Shown here piece after piece: positions 56,701 to 64,000 of a DNA stretch of 64,000 nt. Position 1 is the first letter of the stretch; every line of letters begins with the position of its first letter. Made by a program: the position numbers and the translations under genes. Below the pieces are notes generated by a model. That model was not told the origin of the DNA and did not search any database. It saw only the letters and a program-made list of their open reading frames with translations. The stretch covers positions 1,364,001 to 1,428,000 of the forward strand of contig CP145413.1 in NCBI GenBank assembly GCA_036867785.1. Reading direction: 5' to 3'. This DNA is from Plasmodiophora brassicae (Eukaryota).

Positions 56701-59412
56701 AACGTCCGTTACTGCGAACGGGCAGGCTTCAGACAGGTACTTTCATGGCCGTTATTGCTTGCTGCTGTCGTATAACATCGTTTTCAGGTTGACGAGTGTT
56801 AACTGGGTTGTTGCGTCGTTGCAGAACGTGCAGGACATTGCCCGCGTCCTTGCGGTTAAGTGCTCCCAGTCTCTTTGGTCCCCAACGGTGACCGTGGAAC
56901 ATGCGTTATCCCTTGTTCTTGGATCGGGTGCAGCATTGCGGGATGACCTTCCAAGTCTGGGCGCGTCATTCCCAGATCCAGCAGTAGTCGTCGACGGCAG
57001 GGTCTTCGGCCCCTTGTCCCGGCCTCTTGATATATCGGAATTCGGTGTCGTTCTTCAAGGTCGCCAGGTCATTCCCGATGACATCGTGCAAGATAATGCC
57101 TGGCTAGTGCGGTCCATTCTTGGATGCCGCGCTCGTGATAGCTCAGTGCAGGCCCTGCCCGCTCTGCCCCATGGCCAGGCGACGTCGCTGCGATTCCCGT
57201 CGCCGTCGTCTTCCCTGTCTGTTACTGCCGTTATCGATCCGCTGTCGGAAACAGCGCAAAAGCTTGCTCCTGTCCTTCTGGCACTGCGAAAGGATCTCCA
57301 TTGGGATATCACCCTCGTTATCAATCCAACAACGCAGGCGACGTCGGTTCCAATCCAACGCTTCTACCGATACGTCTTTCGGCCTACCCTCGAGTTTCTT
57401 GCTAATGGCGCTAGAGACCATAGGTGATCATGCCTCGATTCGCAAGTATCCTGTTCACTAACTATGTACTTTGCCAGGGCTGCAACTGCCTCGTTTTCGT
57501 CTCTGCCGACGGCTCCCGTCCTTACGCTGTCTATTGAAACGAGCGAACCATGGATGGTTGAGTCTGTTGACGCCGCGGAAGACCTCGACAACCTTCAACT
57601 TGTTCAGAACGGTCGTGTTCAAGCAACGTTTGCTTTGAAGCACCTCCTAGGTCGGTTATTTTCCTCCCCAAACGTTTCGCGATTTGATTCCTGTCTCATT
57701 CAGTGTACGGATCATGCACTGACGCCGCAACTGGATCGCCGCCTGCTGGGCTCAAGCTTCTTCTCGGCACTCCTAGTGATCTGCATGTACAAGACACCAT
57801 CGTCATGGAGAACTTGGGATATTTTCAGCTGAAGGTAGCGTTGTTTAACTTGCCCCTAGGCGAAGGTCTAATCCAGCGGTTCGGCAGGCTAGCCCAAACA
57901 TCTGGGAACTGACCCTGGCTCCGGGCCGTGCCTCCGAAATATACGAGTTCCCGCAAGACGCCGGCCACGTGACAGGGTTTGCCACGGGATCTGTACGTTG
58001 ATTGTCGTTTCCGTATAACGTTGAGTAATTGTGCCTATGTAGGATGGGCGCCTGCGTGTCATCGTCCGCAGTTTCGTTGGATCGCATCTGAGGTTGAATG
58101 TAGCGCGACGACCAGGGATGGAACAGGTCCGGATATCGCCTTGTTGTTGACCACTGCCGTCACGCTGATATCCTCTGTCGCCCCAGGCTGACCTGTCACT
58201 TGAAGTCACTGCACCGGCATCTAAGGGATTCTGGGGTTCGATTAACAGCATGTTTGGCTCGGACAATGTCTGTATATGGTGATGCCTGCTCGAACGTTCG
58301 CTGACGAGAGACACAGAATCGGGGGAACGCAGCAGACAAGACGATCCACATCTTTTCTCTGGCGTCCGGCCACTTATATGAGCGGTTTCTACGAATCATG
58401 ATGCTGAGTGTCATCAAGCGAATGGCGGGCACTGGATACAGTGTCAAGTTTTGGTTCATTCGGCAGTTCCTGTCGCCACAGTTCAAATCAACCATCGGTG
58501 CATTTGCGGAGCAGCGTAAGGCCCTGTCACGATCGCGATATCTCGTTTGCTGCTAAGATGCTGTCAGACGGTTGTTCCGTCGAGCTTGTCACGTACAAGT
58601 GGCCGTACTGGTTGCGTCGGCAACGCGAGAAGCAGCGGGTCATTTGGGGCTACAAGATCCTCTTCCTCGACGTTGTCTTTCCCATACAACTGGACCGCAT
58701 CATCTTCATCGATGCCGACCAGGTCAGATCGGTCATCGGGTTTCCTAGCACACCCGTCCCTGACGGGGCAACCCTCGCGCAGGTCGTTCGCGGCGACCTG
58801 TCCGAACTGTGGAACCTGGACCTACGCGGGCGACCCTACGCGTACACGCCGTTCTGTGACAGCAACAAGGAGACGGAAGGTTTCCGGTTCTGGAAGGGCG
58901 GGTTCTGGCGCGATCACCTGAGGGGCAAACCGTACCACATCAGCGCCCTCTACGTGGTCGACCTCAAGCAGTTCAGGCGCATGCGCGCCGGCGATACGCT
59001 GCGCGCCCTGTATGATAACCTGTCGGCCGACCCGAACAGTCTCGCGAACCTGGACCAGGATCTGCCCAACTACGCGCAGGACCATGTCGGCATCTACTCC
59101 CTGCCACAGGAATGGCTGTGGTGCGAAACCTGGTGCTCCATGGGATCGCTGAGTGAGTGTGCACGATGACGCGCGCCCTGCCCCGATGTGGCTCTGACTT
59201 GTGGCTTGCTGGCAGAGAAGGCCAAGACCATCGACCTGTGCAATAACCCGATGACGAAGGAACCGAAACTGTCGCGCGCCCGTCGCCTACTCCCGGAATG
59301 GAACGAGCTCGACGCTGAAGCGAACCCTCGGGATGAATCTCGAGGCATCCCGAGCGTTCCCGCGTCGCCGGGCCGGCCCGCCCCGAACGATGACGAACGG
59401 AACGAACTGTAG
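53733..59412 (+). CDS. UGGT: UDP-glucose:glycoprotein glucosyltransferase, many introns
   Basis: Signal peptide; [77 protein letters not shown]-terminal NEL*. Confidence 0.96.
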
Positions 59413-59558
59413 GCCCTGGGTGAATACAACGGCCGGCCGTTCGGGATCGCCCTCTGGTCCTTCCAGCGCGTGCCGAACAGGCGGATCGCTGCTGTTCGTG
59501 AGCACGGCAACAGGTACTAGCCCACAGACAGCAGCGTCGCTTCGTGTCACACAGCGTC

Positions 59559-60277
59559 ATGTCGGGCGACGCCCAGCCGGCGACGTCGTCCGGCCCCGTG
59601 CTGTTCGTCAGCTCCGTTTCGTCGCCGAGCCGAGCCGTCTGGATGCTGGCGAAACAGGTCCACCCCAGTCTGCGGGTCGTCGAGGTCGACCAGGGCGAGC
59701 ACATGCCCGACCATCCCGCCCGGGTGCCGTGCTTCCGCGACGACGCCAACTATTCGCCACCGCTCGTCCTATACGAAGGCCATGCCATCCTCCGATACCT
59801 CGCCCGGGGGACCCCGTTCTACCCAGACGACCTGACCGCCTGCGCCATCATCGACAACGTCCTCGTCAGTGTGGACGATCGCCAGCAAACGTCCCTCGTC
59901 AACTGACGCGCCCCGCCTCGCAGGACTACCAGGGTCGCGTCCTGAATCCAGCGTTAACGAGAGGCGTCATGCCGCTGGCGAAGCCGACCCTGTTCGCAAT
60001 GGACGATCCGGAGCAGACGAAACAGCTGGTGAGGCACGGTCAGGCGGATCTGGCGAGGTCGCTGCGGCATCTGGACGCGGGCGTGCTGGCCGACGACGCG
60101 AGCGCGTACCTGTGCGGGCCGACCATGACGATCGCCGACCTCGCCGTCGGATCCGCCCTGATGATGCTGAGCCACCCGGCTGTCCAGATCGATCTGGCAC
60201 CGTTCCCCAGGGTGCAATCCTGGCTGGCGCGTTGCACGGCGTCCTCGACGTGGATCGGGCTGCCCCCGTCGTCCTAA
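59559..60277 (+). CDS. Glutathione S-transferase (theta-like), 1 intron
   Basis: SSPSRAV, RVPC, LYEGHAILRYLA, YLCGPTMTIADL, FPRVQSWL. Confidence 0.88.
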
Positions 60278-60299
60278 ACAGGAACGGTCCCGTTCGTTG

Positions 60300-61195
60300 T
60301 TATTGGATGACGTTGGGCAGCGCCGCCGGCTCCAGGGCATCGTCGGCGTGTTTGTGCTCGGTCAGGCAGCCGGATCGCAAGGTATCCGCTAGGCCCAGCA
60401 TGGACGGCGGCACGCTGTCGATCGGCGACGGCTTGCGTTTCAGGCTGCGATAGTAGGTGTCGATCAGGCGTTTCATGGCCCGTTTCGTGTCCTGGGCGGA
60501 CACGCCCGCGACGGTCAGCATGTCGCCCCAGATGCGGCTGTGCAGGGACGGCTGCCCAACACTGGACGACGACGCGCGTAGGTCTGCGTCGTCGGCCCGT
60601 TCAGCACGACGACGGCCGGCCGTTTCAACGGACTGGACGTACATGGGAGAAGGTTCTCGGACAGGATCAGATGGGGAGTGATGTTGTCCACGAGGGCCAC
60701 GTTCAGCGCGACGAAGGCTTTGACCTCGTCGTACACGGTGTCGACGGTCACCTGCACGGCAGACGGCTGAGTAAGACAGGGAAGCGCGCATCGTGCAATT
60801 ACGACGGCGCCGGTCTTACGTATCGCGACGGGATCGACCTCATCACGTCCTTCAGCGCTTCGAACGCCTTCTTGCCCGCGTCGGCGGACGACGGGCCGGC
60901 CTTGCGGTCCTTACTGCCGGGCGTCGGCGGCCTCTGGACGACACACACACACGTGTGAGGATGCCGTCGAGATGGCAACGCAATGGCGTCACACGGCAAC
61001 GGCGGCAGTGACAGGCGCCGCCAGGACGACGTTCGCCTTCGGGTCGCGCGAGGCGACCCACTCACGCAGCTTCATATCGATGGCCTCGATCGACACGTCC
61101 AGCTGGTCGACGGTCGCCTCGATCGACCGGAGCGCATCGAGGATCGCCCGCTCGGACGACAGGCTGGCGCCCGCATGGGCCACCGCTCCGTCCAT
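60300..61195 (-). CDS. Hypothetical protein, multi-exon
   Basis: Chain of short - strand ORF segments separated by GT-AG intron-like gaps; N-terminal coiled coil. Confidence 0.5.
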
Positions 61196-61463
61196 GAGGC
61201 GCGCCTCGGAGTCGTCGCCCGTGCCACACTGCCACACAGCGCACTACGTGTGTGCAGTGCACACGCACAGTGCGCGTGGGGACCGCTGCAGTTCTCCGAC
61301 TGGCAACTGCAGGCCGGCGGACCGTACACTAATCGATAGCTGGCCGACGGGCGCATCCAGGGCCCTGACAACTTCAATTGCCATATTGTAACTTTGTGAC
61401 AGACACTTGAACCAGGGTGGTTGCACCGTTCTGTATTGCCCGAACGCTCGATCTCTTGGGGAG

Positions 61464-62132
61464 TCAGACATTCAATTTGGAAGCGAGGGCCTCGCTCAGC
61501 CCATCGTCACCTTCAACGTCACTCTCCAACTGATCCTGAGCTTCATCGATGGTGTACTTCTCTGGATAGAGACGATCGGCATGTAAATCGCCAATTTCGC
61601 CCTCCACATAAAGAATGCCTCGCCAGCCTTTTACGAACGCGTCGGACTCCATGTCCTTCGCACCAGCGACCAATTCCGCAAAATCCTTGGCACTACTGAC
61701 TCTCCAGGCCGGTTTCCTAACTTCAATCGGGCCACTGACGAGTCTCTCTTGGGCCTTATTGGCGTAATTCTTCACGATATTTGGAACGTCGCGGTAGGTT
61801 GAGACGTCACGTACAGCTTCCTCTTCAATGTCGAACGCGATCACCTCGCGGTCGTCGTTGAAGAACGCCTTCCGCTGAACGGCATAGAAGAAGGCGTAAA
61901 TCGGGTCGACCGTGAAAGATATATAGGCCGTCTCGGCCCAGTATCTGTGCCCATACTGGATGTGGTCGAACTCGGTCAAGTCGCTATCGGGGTCTCTGGG
62001 GTGCAGAGACGGCATTTCAGCGCCAAGCTGGGTGTGGCCGAGGTTATACTTGTTGCAGGCTCGGTACAGTCGAATGTACCCATCAGCGGGAGGATCAATA
62101 TCGTCGAACTTCATTTCGGCCCAGACTAGCAC
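61464..62132 (-). CDS. Putative ADP-ribosyltransferase-fold (R-S-E) protein; start uncertain (MKFDD or upstream exon ~62284)
   Basis: IRLYRA ... YISFT ... AQERLVSGPI in the order and spacing of toxin-type ARTs. Confidence 0.6.
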   Translation of the reverse strand: MLVWAEMKFDDIDPPADGYIRLYRACNKYNLGHTQLGAEMPSLHPRDPDSDLTEFDHIQYGHRYWAETAYISFTVDPIYAFFYAVQRKAFFNDDREVIAFDIEEEAVRDVSTYRDVPNIVKNYANKAQERLVSGPIEVRKPAWRVSSAKDFAELVAGAKDMESDAFVKGWRGILYVEGEIGDLHADRLYPEKYTIDEAQDQLESDVEGDDGLSEALASKLNV

Positions 62133-62568
62133 GACGCCTACTTGGTATACTCCGATGTGAGTTTCGATATGCTGAAATGAGAATGGATCTGTTTACTGAG
62201 AATGGTTTGGTGTCAACCACCTTTGTTCCACAAATAGCGTGCACCAGATTTAGGGCACACCATTTCCCATACAAACGTTCCATTCTTAGACCGATGCATC
62301 GCTCCACAGAACGTTCGACCACACCGAACTATCGCTAGACGGCCGATAGAACTTGCCAGCACACGTCGTTGTCTGACAGATATGTATGACGGTTGACAGT
62401 CGACGACGACGGCGATGACGATGCGAAAGTAAGGATACTTCGAAGTAAAATCCCACGGCCCCGCCCGAGTCACGATCGTTACGTCACGCATCGTGCAGGA
62501 GCCGTCGACATCCCCCGTCCGGGCGGTCTGTGCGAACAACACGTGCGCCTGTCTGTATTGATCCCGTC

Positions 62569-64000
62569 CTAGACGACGATGGTGCCGAAGCAGTGGAAGC
62601 ACATGCAGGAGAGCGGCGCCGCGTCCGGTACCGCCCCGTCCTGCACGCACTCGTTGGCCCGGATGATGCACTCCTTCATCAGGCGCAGCTGGTCGGCCTT
62701 GACCTACGGTAGCGGGTCGGGGCGCGCTCATCCCAATCCCGACACGCGTCGCCCCGTACCTGGAGCTGCGTCCGCGCGCTGACGATATCGTCGACCGGTT
62801 CGAACAGCGTCGAGCGGCGCCGGCGACTGGCCTCCGCCTCCGCCGTGCTCGTCGCGCTCCCGCTCTTCACCGTCTGTCGCCGCGTCGCTTCGTCCTCCTG
62901 GGCGTCCGCGATCCCCGACAGGGCGTCCAGAATCTCGCCGTCGACCACGGTCAGCAAGTGGACGCGGGACGCCCCGGACCCGGTCACCGTCGTCGTCGTT
63001 GAAGCCCTGACCACGCACGAGTCGAGTCAGCACACCCGTCCACGACGCCGGCGGCGCCTGCCACCGCGTTACGCTCGGGACAGCTTCCAGGCCAGCGACC
63101 CCGCCATGCGGATCACGCGTTCCGTCCTGACGTCGCGCAGGTCGACCTGGAGATGGTCGACCAGGCCCAGGACGACGACGTCTGCCGCCGCCGCCGCCGG
63201 GGGCCGCCCGGGTCCCGCCCCGCCGTCGTCGTTCGCCCCGGGCAGGCCGACGGCCTGGATCACGACGTGGCCGGCGCCGACGAACGTGCCCGACGACGTG
63301 TGCAGGCGCGCCGTGAACAGGGCGGATCCCTGACGAAGTGGTCAGGCGCCAGCGAACGTTCGGCAGGTGCACGCGCGCGCACCTGCGCCTGGAATTGCAG
63401 GTCGAGGCGCAGGCGTCGCGTGTCATCGAACGTCCAGTGGCCGGACTGGACCGCCTGGGCCTGCTGCTGCTGCTGGCCGATGGACTCGTAGCAGGTGCAG
63501 GCGAGCGTGCGCGTCAGGCGACAGGCAGCCGTCACCGGGGCGACGTCGTCGAACTCGGCGACCATGACGGCGTGGCCGGCCGGTTCGGCCAGGCCGCTGA
63601 AGATCGAGGTCGGCAGGGGCACGACGGCCTGTGTCGCGCGCGAGCGGTGCTGGTCAGACGGCGGCACGGCCCGCCCGAGCGAAGGCGGCGAACCTTCTGG
63701 ACGGCGGCGGCGGCGCCGTTGAACCCGACGGTGGCCGGCTGCGACCCGCGCCGCTGCTTGACGAAGCACGAGTCGCAGACGCGGACGAAGCCCTGGTCGG
63801 GCGACAGCTCGCAGCGGTTCGACGAGCAGGACTTGCAGAAGAGCTGGCCGCACAGGCGGCAGTGATGGCGCCGGTTGAACATGTTGAACTTGCGCAGGCA
63901 GCCGAAGCAGGCGTCGTACGAGTGGTCGTGCACCCATCGGCGCGCCTCCCGGGGCGACACGCCCGTCGCCGCCGCCGCCGGCAGCGCCCTGGTCGCGTCC
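62569..64000 (-). CDS. FYVE zinc-finger protein, multi-exon, 5' end outside window
   Basis: WVHD..CFGC..F..FNRRHHCRLCGQLFC..C..RVCDSC; last exon ends CMCFHCFGTIVV*. Confidence 0.88.

Overview
Gene-dense, GC-rich eukaryotic (protist-like) DNA with short 45-75 nt spliceosomal introns. Its compactness, intron size and kinesin-2 are compatible with a flagellated phytomyxid such as Plasmodiophora, but the organism is an inference. It holds about 30 protein genes. Housekeeping genes include a class-C-like GPCR, ceramide synthase, PP2C, trehalose-6-P synthase/phosphatase, TFIIF-beta, WDR37-like, NSUN-type m5C methylase, DCP1, akirin, FolD, RPAP1, kinesin-2, Dsc3-like, RCC1-repeat protein, FIS1, USP30-like, UGGT, GST and a FYVE protein. 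Five features stand out. (1) Two identical tRNA-Ile(AAT) genes with duplicated flanks bracket a 1.5-kb cassette of three consecutive fold-back repeats, at least two built from retrotransposon fragments. (2) A ~1.6-1.8 kb near-perfect palindrome carries two head-to-head copies of a secreted Gly/Ser-rich protein. (3) An intronless plant-like PPR-E-DYW protein has a degenerate Zn site. (4) A small ORF has an R-S-E ADP-ribosyltransferase-like motif set. (5) A signal-peptide-bearing P-loop GTPase is present. Exon boundaries were read by eye and are approximate.
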